DNA from: an uncultured Holophagales bacterium
GTDB lineage: Bacteria; Acidobacteriota; Thermoanaerobaculia; Multivoradales; UBA5704
DNA: 64,000 bases
Reading direction: 5' to 3'
Assembly: GCA_963842525.1 (NCBI GenBank)
Contig: CAWJGT010000025.1
Coordinates: 128,001-192,000 of the forward strand
Below are positions 33,028 to 43,383 of the stretch, in pieces. A model generated the notes under the pieces. It made no database searches. It was given only the letters and a program-made list of their open reading frames with translations, and was not told where the DNA came from. How positions within the stretch are numbered: position 1 is the stretch's first letter; the number at the start of each line of letters is the position of its first letter. A program made the translations under genes and the position numbers.

Positions 33028-33410
33028 AGCTCCTGCTGGACACGCAGCTCCTGCTCTGGGCGGCCGGCCAGCCCGAGCGGCTCTCTAAGGCCGCGCGCAA
33101 GCTCCTGAACGACCCGCAGAACGAGCTTGTCTTCAGCGCCGCGAGCCTGTGGGAGGTCGCCATCAAGAGCTCCCTGGGCCGGGAAGACTTCCGTGTCGAG
33201 CCTCGCCTGCTGCGCCGGGGGTTGCTCGACAACGGCTATGTAGAGCTTCCCATCACCAGCCAGCACGCGGTGAACATTGATGGCTTGCCCCCCTTGCACA
33301 AGGATCCTTTCGACCGCCTGCTGCTGTCCCAGGCCCTCAGCGAGGGCATCACCCTTCTCACCACCGACTCGTCACTGGCCGGATACCCCGGGCCCGTGCG
33401 TAAGGTGTAG
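33024..33410 (+). CDS. vapC: VapC PIN-domain toxin
   Basis: KLLLDTQ, SLWEVAIK, HKDPFDRLL; GTGA overlap with the antitoxin. Confidence 0.9.
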   Translation: MKLLLDTQLLLWAAGQPERLSKAARKLLNDPQNELVFSAASLWEVAIKSSLGREDFRVEPRLLRRGLLDNGYVELPITSQHAVNIDGLPPLHKDPFDRLLLSQALSEGITLLTTDSSLAGYPGPVRKV

Positions 33411-33533
33411 ACGACCGTGGCGCAGTCACTCCTCTTGAGAGGACCTTCTACCAGATGGTCTCGACGTGAGGGTAGTCGCGAATCTTGGTGTCTTTCATGG
33501 TGACCATGGTCATCTTGCCGTGGCCATTATGGC

Positions 33534-34913
33534 TCACCGCAAAACGTCGAGCACCTGCCGCGACGTCACCACACGGTCGGCAGCCGGCCCGTCGACCGGC
33601 GCTTTGAGCCACAACGCCAGGACGACCTCTCGCCCGGCGGCGACGGGCAGCCGCCGTGCCTTGGCTTCGAGCTCTTCCAGAAGGCGCTCGGCGTCGCGCG
33701 GCGCCGCCCATTTCACTTCGCCGACCAGGACGCTGCCGCCATCGCTGCTGTGTGCCACCAGATCGACCTCGAGCGGTCGACGGTCGAGCCCGGGTCCCCA
33801 CCAGCGGCCGGCCGGCCCCCAGGTTCTCCCGCCTGGATGCAGCAACGGCACGCCGGCGCGCGCCAGCTCTTCCCAGATTTCGCCGACATGATGCCCCAGC
33901 CGTTGACCGATCTCCTGCTCCACCGCCGCCAACTGGCCGGCGCCGAGGCGTGAACGGTTGACGTCGACGTAGCGGAACCAGAACCGCAGAAAGGGGTCGG
34001 AGATCTTGTAGAGCGTGCGCTTGCTGCCGCGCGGCTCCTCCCCGAAAGGCTGCTCGCGGGTGACCAGGTCCATGTCCTGCAAACGCTGGAGGGGACGCGA
34101 AAGTGCCGTCACCGGCTTGCCCAACCGCGCCGCGATCTCGGAGATGCGATGGCAGCCCTGACCGATCAGGCTCAGGATGGATGCCGCCTGGGTGGTGTCG
34201 CGCATGTCGTCGAGCAGCAGGCGCGAGGGCTCCTCGTAGAGGACGCCCAGCGGGCTGAGGACGAGGGAACGGATGGCGGCCGGAAGATCCGGATGATCGC
34301 CTGCCAACTCCCAATACCGCGGTGTCCCACCCCAGACCGCGTAGGATTCGACGGCGCGTTCGGGAGAACGCAGGTCCAGCGCCCCCTCGATCCAGCCGGC
34401 CGGCAGGGGCGAGATCTTGAGGATCTCGCGGGCGCGACCGAAAAGAGGCGCCGTGCGGTCGAGGACGAGCCCCTGCATCATGCGCTGTGAGGAGCCGCTC
34501 AGGAGGAGGTGGATGCCGCTGTCGGCCTCGCGGTCCAGATATTTCTGCAGCAGGCTCGGCAGCTCCCGGGCGACCGCGACCAGGGAAGGGAATTCATCCA
34601 GCGCCAGCACCATCCCGGGCCGTGCCTCCTGCCAGCAGCGCGCGAAGAGGGCGTCCCAGTCGGGGTAGGTGACGCGCTCGAAGCCGGGTAGGAGGCGGCC
34701 GATCTCTGTTGCCAGGCTGGCGCGCTGGAGGCTGTCCTCGCGATCGTCGCCGACGTAGTAGACCGCTCTCCCAGGCGGCAGGATCTCCCGCAACAGCCGT
34801 GACTTGCCACACCGCCGGCGGCCATAGACGACCCCGAGCGAGCCTTCGGCACCGTCGACGAGACGCCGGAAACGGGCGGCTTCTTCATGTCGGTCGAGGA
34901 AGGGGAGCTTCAT
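33534..34913 (-). CDS. Archaeal-type ATPase with DUF234/PD-(D/E)xK C-terminus
   Basis: YGRRRCGKS, LALDEFP, GGTPRY, DPFLRFWF, EVDLV...GEVKW. Confidence 0.85.
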   Translation of the reverse strand: MKLPFLDRHEEAARFRRLVDGAEGSLGVVYGRRRCGKSRLLREILPPGRAVYYVGDDREDSLQRASLATEIGRLLPGFERVTYPDWDALFARCWQEARPGMVLALDEFPSLVAVARELPSLLQKYLDREADSGIHLLLSGSSQRMMQGLVLDRTAPLFGRAREILKISPLPAGWIEGALDLRSPERAVESYAVWGGTPRYWELAGDHPDLPAAIRSLVLSPLGVLYEEPSRLLLDDMRDTTQAASILSLIGQGCHRISEIAARLGKPVTALSRPLQRLQDMDLVTREQPFGEEPRGSKRTLYKISDPFLRFWFRYVDVNRSRLGAGQLAAVEQEIGQRLGHHVGEIWEELARAGVPLLHPGGRTWGPAGRWWGPGLDRRPLEVDLVAHSSDGGSVLVGEVKWAAPRDAERLLEELEAKARRLPVAAGREVVLALWLKAPVDGPAADRVVTSRQVLDVLR

Positions 34914-34934
34914 GTCTCAAGGTCGCTGCTGGAA

Positions 34935-34978
34935 CTATGTAGCAGAAACATTATGTACCTGCTGCATAGTCTCTGCAA
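34935..34978 (-). promoter_or_regulatory. Promoter overlapped by a palindromic operator
   Basis: Minus strand TTGCAG-N17-CATAAT; inverted repeat CTATGTAGCAG / CTGCTGCATAG flanks the -10. Confidence 0.45.
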
Positions 34979-34984
34979 GCGCGA

Positions 34985-36568
34985 TCAATCGGAGGGAGGA
35001 ATCAGCACCCGCCCCGCGCCCGCTCCGGTATGCCGGCCGCTGTCGATCACCGGCACGCCGTTGACCACGACGTACGGAATCCCCGCCGCCCAGGCGTGCG
35101 GCTTCTCGAAGGTGGACCCGTCCGCTACCTTCGACGGGTCGAAGACGACCAGGTCCGCGGCATAGCCCTCCTTGAGCAGACCGCGGTTGGCGAGCTTGAA
35201 GTGCGCGGCGGGGAGAGAGGTCATCTTGCGGATGGCTTCTTCCAGGGGAAGGACCTTCTTGTCGCGGACATAGAGGCCGAGGACCCTCGGGTTGTTGCCG
35301 TAGTTGCGCGGGTGCGGCGTGCCCTCGCCGAAGGTCCGGATGATGAAGCCGTCCGAGGCGACCGACACCCAGGGATGGCGCAGGATCAGCTCGACGTCTC
35401 CTTCAGACATGAAGTGGTAGACCATGCTGGCGTCGCCCGCCCGCACCATCTTGCGTGCGGCCTCGAATTGCGCCTCGGCCGTGTCGCTCCCGACGAGCCG
35501 CTTCGCGGCCTCTTTCATCGAGAGCCCTTGCAGGGACCGATCGGGCGGATAGTCGGAGACCACGGCGAAGGAGAGATCCTTGAGGCCGCGCTCGGCCAGG
35601 AGGCCTACCATTTCGGTCCGGATCTTCGTCCAAGTGGCCTCGTCGTCCAGCCGCTTGCGCACCTCCTCCTGCCCGCCTTCGAGGGCCCAGGACGGGAAGC
35701 GGATGGTCAGGCTCGACGCGGCGGCCGTATAGGCGTACTGGTCCGCTTCGACGTCCAGACCCCGGGCGCGGGCCGCCTCGAGGAGGGCCAGAGCCTTCTC
35801 GCTGGCGCCCCAATTCTTCGGGCTGTCCACCTTCAGATGGGAGATCTCGACCGGGCAGCCGGCCGCCTCGCCCACGGCGATCGTCTCGGCCACCGACTGT
35901 TCGAGCGCGGTCCCCTCGTTGCGCATGTGTGAGGCATAGAGGCCGCCGGCCCGGCAGGCGACCCGGGCGAGCTCGACGATCTCGGCCGGCTCCGCATAGG
36001 TGCCGGGCACGTACTGGAGGCCGGTCGAGAATCCGACGGCGCCGTCTTTCATCGCCTGCGCGACGAGCGCCTTCATCCTCTCCATCTCGGCGGGCGTTGG
36101 CGCGCGGTTCGCGTCGCCCATCACCTCGCGCCGCACCGAGCCATGACCGACGAGCGTTGCGAAGTTGATCGAGGGGTGCGCCTTCCGGATGCCGTCGAGG
36201 GCCTTGCCGATCTCCACCGCCGAGCTGCCGCAGTTGCCGGCCACGACGGTGGTCACGCCCATGCGGAGGAAGTTTTCGGCCCGCGGGCTTTCCGCAACGT
36301 CGTCGGAGTGGGTATGGACGTCGATGAACCCGGGCGCCACCACCAGGCCGGTGGCATCGATCTCCCGCGCCGCCCGTGCTCCCGCGAGGTCACCGATCTT
36401 CACGATCCGGCCATCCCGCACCGCCACGTCCGCCTGGAAGGCCTTGGCGCCCGAGCCGTCCAGCACGGTTCCATGACGGATCAGGAGGTCGTAGGCCGGT
36501 GGGGTGTCGGGCTTCGGTGCGCCGATCGTAAGGAGCAGGACCGCGAGGAGGGGACCGAAGAAGATCAT
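34985..36568 (-). CDS. N-acyl-D-amino-acid deacylase (D-aminoacylase)
   Basis: APGFIDVHTH, GNCG, SHMRNE, ISHLK, HPRNYG; signal peptide. Confidence 0.9.
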   Translation of the reverse strand: MIFFGPLLAVLLLTIGAPKPDTPPAYDLLIRHGTVLDGSGAKAFQADVAVRDGRIVKIGDLAGARAAREIDATGLVVAPGFIDVHTHSDDVAESPRAENFLRMGVTTVVAGNCGSSAVEIGKALDGIRKAHPSINFATLVGHGSVRREVMGDANRAPTPAEMERMKALVAQAMKDGAVGFSTGLQYVPGTYAEPAEIVELARVACRAGGLYASHMRNEGTALEQSVAETIAVGEAAGCPVEISHLKVDSPKNWGASEKALALLEAARARGLDVEADQYAYTAAASSLTIRFPSWALEGGQEEVRKRLDDEATWTKIRTEMVGLLAERGLKDLSFAVVSDYPPDRSLQGLSMKEAAKRLVGSDTAEAQFEAARKMVRAGDASMVYHFMSEGDVELILRHPWVSVASDGFIIRTFGEGTPHPRNYGNNPRVLGLYVRDKKVLPLEEAIRKMTSLPAAHFKLANRGLLKEGYAADLVVFDPSKVADGSTFEKPHAWAAGIPYVVVNGVPVIDSGRHTGAGAGRVLIPPSD

Positions 36569-36574
36569 CAGAGG

Positions 36575-38149
36575 CTACTGCGCTCCAGGCTCGCCCATGA
36601 GACTGTTGACCAGGGCCTTGCTCCCCTGGACGGCGACGCGTTGGAGATAAAGCCGGACACCGACCAGGCCGCCCAGCTCTTCGCCGCCGCCGGCGCGGCC
36701 CGGTCCGCCGTGCAGGGCCTGCGGCAGGGCGGCTCCTGAGCCCGGGGCCTCGGCGGCCGAGGCCTCGGAGCCGATGTAGACGCGGCCGGTGGCGCCGCCG
36801 CCATGGCCCAGGAAGTCGCCGACCCAGCCGGCGTCGTCGCTGTAGACGGAGGTCACCAGGGTGCCGCCTCCCATCGCGGAGATCTCGGCGGCGTCCTCGG
36901 CCCGGCTGTCGTAGGGAAGAAGAGTCGCCACCGGGCCGAAGACCTCGCGTTCGTGGACCGGCCCGGCGTTCCTCGCGTCTTCGGCCTGTAGCAGAGTCGG
37001 CGGCACGAAGTAACCCTTGCCCGCGGGGCTGCCGACACCGTCGATCCGCTCCCCCGTGCCGTGGACGAGCCGCGCAGCCCGGCCGAGCTCAGAGATGCCG
37101 GCAATGGCGTCCTTGAGCTGGCTCGCCGTGGCGACCGGACCCATGGTCACGGACGGGTCCGCGGGGTTGCCGACCACCACCTCGCCGAGCTTGCCGATCA
37201 AGGCGTCCTGGACGGCGTCGACCCGGTCCGCGGGAACCAGGATACGCCGCACGGCCGTGCATTTCTGGCCGGTCTTCTGGGTCATCTCGCGGACGACGTC
37301 CTTGAGGAACAGGCCGAACGTCGCGGATTCAGCGGAGACGTCCACGTCCGGGCCGAGGATGGCGGCGTTCAGGCTGTCCGCCTCGATGTTGACCCGGGTG
37401 TTGGCGGCCAGGAGGTTGTCCCGGCTGCGCAGCGACCGGGCCGTGTCGGCCGAACCGGTGAAGGCCATGACGTCCTGGGGACCGAGGCGGTCGAGGAGGT
37501 CGCCGGTGGAGCCGACGACGAGCTGCAGGGCGCCGTCGGGGAGGATACCCGCCTCGATGAGGATCTCGACGGCGCGCTCGGTCACCAGCGCGGTGGCGGT
37601 CGCCGGCTTGGTGATCACCGGCATGCCGGCGAGCAGGGCGCAGGCCGCCTTCTCCGCAAAGCCCCAGGCCGGGAAGTTGAACGCATTGATATGGACCGCC
37701 ACGCCCTGGCGAGGCACCAGGATGTGCTGCGCCCAGAACCCCTCGCCGCGGGAGAGCTGGATGCCCTCGCCCTCGACCAGGAATTGGCGGTCGCCGAGGC
37801 TCTTCGAGAGGGAGGCATACCAGGCCAGGGTGCCGCCCGCGCCGTCGATGTCAAAGGAGGCGTCCGACTTCGTGGTGCCGTTGTTCTGCCGGGAGAGGTC
37901 GAACAGCTCGTCGCGGTGGTCGCGCAGAGCCTTGGACATGTCCTTGAGCAGGGCTCCGCGCTGCGCGAACGTCATGGACCGTAGCGCCGGTCCGCCATGC
38001 TCCCGCGCATGGTCGAGCACAGCACCGAAGTCGATGCCTTCGCTCGACGCCTGCGCGACCACCTCTTCGGTCGACGGGTCCACCAGGGACGTGAAACCGG
38101 ATTTGCCTTCTTGCCAGCGCCCGCAGACATAGCTCTTCAGGGTCTTCAT
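36575..38149 (-). CDS. PaaZ/BoxD-like aldehyde dehydrogenase
   Basis: HINAFNFP, KPAT, FTGSA, EADSLN, GQKCTA, HGGPGRAGGGEELGG. Confidence 0.85.
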   Translation of the reverse strand: MKTLKSYVCGRWQEGKSGFTSLVDPSTEEVVAQASSEGIDFGAVLDHAREHGGPALRSMTFAQRGALLKDMSKALRDHRDELFDLSRQNNGTTKSDASFDIDGAGGTLAWYASLSKSLGDRQFLVEGEGIQLSRGEGFWAQHILVPRQGVAVHINAFNFPAWGFAEKAACALLAGMPVITKPATATALVTERAVEILIEAGILPDGALQLVVGSTGDLLDRLGPQDVMAFTGSADTARSLRSRDNLLAANTRVNIEADSLNAAILGPDVDVSAESATFGLFLKDVVREMTQKTGQKCTAVRRILVPADRVDAVQDALIGKLGEVVVGNPADPSVTMGPVATASQLKDAIAGISELGRAARLVHGTGERIDGVGSPAGKGYFVPPTLLQAEDARNAGPVHEREVFGPVATLLPYDSRAEDAAEISAMGGGTLVTSVYSDDAGWVGDFLGHGGGATGRVYIGSEASAAEAPGSGAALPQALHGGPGRAGGGEELGGLVGVRLYLQRVAVQGSKALVNSLMGEPGAQ

Positions 38150-38227
38150 CGGGTCGGTCTCTCCTGGCCGGGTGTCCGCCCCGGCCGGGAGATCCTACCT
38201 TACCCGAGGGGAGGAGAGCCGCCGATG

Positions 38228-38461
38228 CTAGTAAAGCGCGATGCAGGGGCCGCCGCAGTCGTCCCTGCAGATGTCCAGGCACTGCTTCGGGCGGCTGGCC
38301 GGGGCCGAGCCACCGCCGCCGCCCGGCCCATTGCAGGTCCAGTAGCAAATCCCATCGAAGTAGTTGGTCACTGCGCCGCCACCCGTGGCTTCGAGAAGAG
38401 CAGGACCTCCGAACGCCAGAGCGCAGACAAAGACAAGGGCGAAAAGTCGGCGATAGCTCAT
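38228..38461 (-). CDS. Small secreted Cys-rich peptide (77 aa)
   Basis: AAGGAGG RBS, signal peptide, six Cys in the mature part. Confidence 0.7.
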   Translation of the reverse strand: MSYRRLFALVFVCALAFGGPALLEATGGGAVTNYFDGICYWTCNGPGGGGGSAPASRPKQCLDICRDDCGGPCIALY

Positions 38462-38583
38462 GCACAACCTCCTTGCTGTTGAACGAGGTCACCGTGAATC
38501 CGAGGACCTCAATTCTTGATGCTACGACGACTAATAGCTTCTCGTCAATGTATCGATGAACTAAGTTGTCCCCGTTTCAAGCC

Positions 38584-38755
38584 TGTTCTGCCGGCAGGTC
38601 GAGCAACTCGTCGCGGTGGTCACGCAGAGCCTTGGACTGTCCTTGAGAAGGCGCCGCGCTGCACGAAGGTCATGGACCGCAGCGCCCGGCCTCGAGCACA
38701 GCGCTGAAGGCGATACCAGGGACGCAAAGCCGGGGCTGCCTTCGCGCCAGCCCGA
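38584..38755 (-). pseudogene. Decayed partial duplicate of the 5' end of the ALDH gene
   Basis: Aligns by eye with 37882-38124 (TGTTCTGCCGG, CTCGTCGCGGTGGTC, GTCCTTGAG, GTCATGGACCG, CGAGCACAGC, ACCAGGGACG), with deletions. Confidence 0.75.
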
Positions 38756-38759
38756 TGGT

Positions 38760-38850
38760 CTGCTGCCGCCCCTTCGGGGCTTTTTTGGCTTTGGGGTCTC
38801 CCCTTCCTGGGGCTTGCGCCCCAGGCTTTATGCTGCCGCCCTTTCAGGGC
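38760..38850. repeat. REP-like hairpin cluster
   Basis: GCCCCTTCGGGGCT...GGGGCTTGCGCCCCAGGCT...GCCCTTTCAGGGCT. Confidence 0.65.
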
Positions 38851-39061
38851 TGCTGCCGCCCGAAAGGAGGTCCGGGAAAGTGGCGGTCAAGGTGGGCTCA
38901 ATCTGACAAAGTAGTTTTCCACCGCCGTGTGGCCGCGATGGTAGAGGTGATCTCCTCAGACTTCGTCGGGAATGGCTTCGAAGTAGTACCGGACTTCATG
39001 CTTTCTTGTCTCCCGCAGGGACGTCTAGATCCTGCCGCACGCGCCAGAAAATCTCATGCCA

Positions 39062-39505
39062 GCCAGTGTAAGCTTATCCGCGCCAGATAAGCTTACACTG
39101 GCGGAGATAACGGTATCCGCGCCAGATAGTGTTATCCACGCCAGATAAGCTTACGCTGGCCTGGATAAGCTTATCTACGCCAGATAAGCTTATCTGCGCC
39201 GGATAGTGTTATCTGTGGCAGATAGCGTTATCCGCGTTGGATAGCGTTATCTGCGGCAGATAAGCTTACACTGGCCCGGATAACGCTATCTGCGCCGGAT
39301 AAGCTTATCTGCGGCAGATAGTGTTATCCACGCCGGATAGTGTTATCTGCGGCAGATAAGCTTACACTGGCCCGGATAACGCTATCTGCGCCGGATACGC
39401 TTATCTGCGGCAGATAGTGTTATCCACGCCGGATAGTGTTATCTGCGCCAGATAAGCTTACACTGGCTCGGATAACGCTATCTGCGGCGGATACGCTTAC
39501 GCTGG
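39062..39505 (-). repeat. Palindromic tandem array 2: 23 units, inverted relative to array 1
   Basis: GATA-N4-TATC / GATAAGCTTACAC cores with 7-bp linkers; 96-bp higher-order repeat; terminal 17-bp perfect inverted repeat at 39062-39102. Confidence 0.95.
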
Positions 39506-39581
39506 CGTGCGTGGACGATCCGCGGAGGATGCTGCGGATCTGTGCCGCCGGTCCGGCGCGGTGGGAACGTTCGGGAGGAGA

Positions 39582-39619
39582 GCGGAACAACCGGGGAGCG
39601 TGGTGCGCACGCTCCCCGG
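39582..39619 (-). repeat. Leader hairpin shared with array 1; probable terminator of the TonB-dependent receptor gene
   Basis: GCGGAACAA-CCGGGGAGCGTG-GTGCG-CACGCTCCCCGG, about 22 bp past the receptor stop codon. Confidence 0.8.
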
Positions 39620-39641
39620 AGTGCGTTTGCGGGTTTGAACG

Positions 39642-42357
39642 TCAGTACCGCACGATCGCCGACAGCACGTAGGACCGCGGCGAGGAGAAGGTTACGCCAC
39701 GGCCGAATTCCGGGTTGTTCGGCGCCGTGGCGCGGCCGAGGATCAGCCGGTCTTCGACCTCCGTGGCCACCTGGTCGTCCAGGACGTTCAGGATGCGGGC
39801 TTCGAGCTCCAGGCCGGCGGGGCCGAGAGGAAATTCGTAGGAGGTCAGCAGGTCGATGTTCAGCCAGTCTTCGGTCCGCCGCGAGCCGGCCGACTCCAGG
39901 TAGCGGACATAGGTTGCGCTGGAGACGTTGGCATCGGGCAATCCGCGGGCCTCCCAGGCGCCGCCGCTCTGGTAGCGGACGTAGGTGCCGAGCTGCACCC
40001 GCTCGAGCGGGCGCATCGCGGCGAAGATCTTGGCCACGTGTGTGCGGTCGCCACGCAGCAGGCCGTCCCGGTTCTCGTTGATCAGCACGCCGGGGCCGTC
40101 CTGGAGGAACGACGAGTTGTAGAACAGTGAGTTGGCGTAGTCGATGTCCCAGTTGCCTTCGAGCTGGCTCCAGGTGTAGCTGGCGCTGACCGACAGGCCG
40201 TAGAGGCGGTCGTTGGGCAGCCGGTTCACCTGCAGGGTGGCCGCCTTGTAGCGGCGGTAGGCGCCCGGGAGCTGGCCGACGCGGAACGGGCCGTTGCCCA
40301 GGCCGTCCCGGCTGATGTCTTCCATGATGTCGCCGACGTCGCGGTATTGCCCGTAGACCTCGGCCGACCAGACCGGGCCGAAGGGGCGGGCATAGCCGAC
40401 GAGGAATTCATCGGTGTACTGCGGATCGATCCCCTTGTCGACCGTCTTGGTCTGGGTGTTGGCGGCGGGGACGTCGCTGAGCAGGTTGCCGTTGGCGTCG
40501 AAGGTCGCCCGGGTGGTGAAGAGGCGGGTCGGCGAGCCGGCGCGCACCAGCGACTTGTTCTCGGTGTTGTAGTAGCGGCCCACGTAGGCGTAGAGCTTGT
40601 CTCCCAGGTCCAGACTGGGAACGAAGGCGACGCCCAGCCGGGGCTGGATCTGCTGGTCCCAGTCGAAGGTCAGGATTTTGACCTTGGTCTTGGTGCCCGG
40701 CGTGGCGCCCAGCCCTTCGCCGAAATAGTCGTCCTTGTTCAGCGCCAGGCCGGCCGTGATGGTGGTCCGGTTGCCGATGGTGAGCTGGTCCTGCAGGAAG
40801 ATGCCCCAGGTCTCGCTGCGGCCGGTGTGGGGCGGCTGCTGGGAGTTGTAGGTGGCGGTGAAAAGGCGCGTGGTAGGGTTCCAGGTGATGGTGCCCCAGC
40901 CGTTGGCCTGCCGCTCGAGCCGCTCCGAGCTCTCCTCGTAGCTTACGCCGAAGCGCAGGTCGTGGGTGTTGCCGAACCAGGTCTGGAAGGTCTGGTAGGA
41001 AGCCTTGGTCTGATCGCGCAGGAAGTCCTGGTCGTTGATCGCCAGGCTGGCGCCGCCCACGGTCTGGCCGGCGGCCGTGGCGCCGCCGACGATGCGGTCG
41101 GCCGTGGTGACGAACGCGCCGACCAGGTCGGGGCGCGCCGCGTTGAAGGCCGGCCGGTAGCCGAGGCCGGTCAACGGGTCGGTCGAGTTCTCTTCCTTGT
41201 CGTGGTGGTACTTCACCTCGACGAGGCTGTCGGCAGTGACGTTCCAGGTCCAGCTCGCGGTGCCCAGCAGGAACTTCGTCGAGTCGTCGCTCCCCACGCC
41301 CGGGTGGGCGTTCGCCCCGACGCCGGCGTTCTCGCTGGTCGACTCGCGGGAGCGGACGGCGGCCGACAGGTATTGGCTCGAGTGCGGGTTGGCCGTCAGC
41401 TTGAAGAAGTACTCATCCGTCTTGATGTCGAGGTCCGGGACGGTGCCGAGGTTGTTGCGCCGCTCGGTCGTGGTGGTCGAGGGGAAGCTCGCCGAGCCGT
41501 AGAACCAGAAGTGGTCGCGCACGATGGGTCCGCCCAGCGAGGCGGCGGGCCCCTCCCTGTCGATGGTGTTCTGGATGTTCTGGTTCTTGTTGTCCGACAC
41601 CCAGTCGGCCGGCTGGTACTCGAAACGGGCCTGGCCGTGGAACTGGTTGGTGCCCGACTTGGTCACCGCGTTGACCACCATGCCGCCGGTGCGGCCGAAC
41701 TCTGCGGTGATGCCTCCCCGCTTCAGGCTCACCTCGTCGATGTCGATCTCCGAGATGTTGGGGAGGATGTCGCCGTAGTGCGGATTGGTGATGTTGACGC
41801 CGTCGACCAGGTAGGTGTTGTCCATCCGCGAGCCGCCGGCATTGGGGGAGGTGCGGGTGGACGGGGCCTGCGCGACGCCGGGGGCGAAGCTCGAACAGGC
41901 CCTTGTAATCCCGGGCGAGCGGCAGCTCCTCAATGGCTTCCTGGGTGAAGTTGACCTGGGCCTCGGTCGACTTGACGTCGATGATGGGTACGGCCGCGGT
42001 GACGGTGATCTCCTCGGACATGGTGGCACTGAGGCTCAGATCGACCTGGGTATCCTTGTCGAGGGAGACGATGGCCGGCCTCTCCGCCATGCCCATGCCC
42101 GAGAGCTCGGCCGAAACCTGGTACGGGCCGGGGGGCAGGCGGGGGAACTGGAAGACACCGTCCGGGCCGGTGACAGCGGATTTACCGGCCGGGAGGAGCT
42201 CGCCGCTCACCTGGACGCTGACGCCGGGCAGCGGCTCGCCGTCGCCCGAACGGACGACGCCGGAGATGGAGCCGGTCTCCGCCGCGAAGACGGGGACGGC
42301 AAGGAGCGGGACCAGAAGCGGCCAGAGCCATGCAAAGCGTCGGGACCTGGGGTGCAT
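39642..42357 (-). CDS. TonB-dependent receptor (Oar-like, N-terminal carboxypeptidase-regulatory domain); frameshift near 41890
   Basis: Signal peptide, GSISGVV, EEITVTA, NTYLVDGVNIT, AEFGRTGG.VVNAVTKSGTN, C-terminal aromatic residue. Confidence 0.9.
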
Positions 42358-42516
42358 CACGATTCTCCTCTCATGGAAGAAGAAAGACAGGGACATGGGA
42401 ATCGTACCATGTGTGACGCCCCGGTGACGGGCCGGCGAGGACCATCCGCGGCCATCCGGTGATAGCCTTGGGGAACCTGGGAGACTGCGAGGCGTCATGA
42501 AATCCGGAGGTGAGAC

Positions 42517-43173
42517 ATGGAAGCTCTCGGCGAACGTCTGATCCAGGTCCTGGTCTTTGGGGGAGTCTGGATCGCTGCCGGTCTGCTGGTCCTTGCGCTC
42601 GCCGGGGTCTGGCGGCTCGGCCGGGCCTGGAAGCTCCGCCGCTGGCCGGGGCGCCTCGCCGCGGTGCTGCTCGTGCTCCTCTCCGTGATCTCCGTCCTGG
42701 GGCTCTACCTGCTGCTCGGCCCGCTCTCGTCGCAGTTGGCCGAAGGCAGGGCCGTCTACGCCAAGGTCGGCCAGGAAGCGCCGGACCTCGCCTTCCGCCA
42801 GGTGTCCGACGACGCGCCGCGGCGCCTGCACGACCTCCGCGGCAAGGTGGTGCTGCTCAACATGTGGGCGACCTGGTGCCCACCGTGCCGCGAGGAGATG
42901 CCCAGCCTGGACCGGCTGCAGAAGGAGCACGGGGACCGCGGCCTGGTCGTGGTGACGGTCTCGGACGAGGACCGGGAGACGCTCCGGAAGTACGCGGCGG
43001 ACCATCCGCTCTCGACCCTCTACGTCCACGACCCGGACATCGCGCAGAAGCTCGGGTTCTACGGCCGGCCGCTGTCGCTGGTGATCGACCGCGACGGGAC
43101 GGTCCGCGAGGCCGTCATCGGAAGCCGCAGCTACGAGGCGTTCGAGCGGAAGGTGAGCAAGCTGCTGGGGTGA
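42517..43173 (+). CDS. TlpA family thiol-disulfide reductase
   Basis: Two TM helices, then LLNMWATWCPPCREEMP. Confidence 0.9.
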   Translation: MEALGERLIQVLVFGGVWIAAGLLVLALAGVWRLGRAWKLRRWPGRLAAVLLVLLSVISVLGLYLLLGPLSSQLAEGRAVYAKVGQEAPDLAFRQVSDDAPRRLHDLRGKVVLLNMWATWCPPCREEMPSLDRLQKEHGDRGLVVVTVSDEDRETLRKYAADHPLSTLYVHDPDIAQKLGFYGRPLSLVIDRDGTVREAVIGSRSYEAFERKVSKLLG

Positions 43174-43230
43174 CCTCACCCCCTGTCCCCCTCTCCCATC
43201 GCCCCACCCCCGACCGGGAGAGGGGGGTGA
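43174..43230. repeat. Palindromic repeat family copy
   Basis: CCTCACCCCCTGTCCCCCTCTCCC...GGGAGAGGGGGTGA. Confidence 0.65.
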
Positions 43231-43383
43231 CCCGGTTAGACATGCCAGCGGTGTTCATGTGAGTTCACTGGTTCCGCCCTAGAGGGAAAAGCGTTTCATG
43301 GGTTGTCAGTTGTGGCCACTTTCAGCCAGTAAGCGCGGAGTTGTGTGACCCGGGCGTGACCCAGTTATGCTATACTTACGCCC

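Noticed and set aside
39062-39505. Arrays as Fur boxes or as a coding repeat
   Set aside because: The core is GATAAG-CTTATC, not GATAAT-N-ATTATC; the 19-bp period brings TAA/TAG into every frame.
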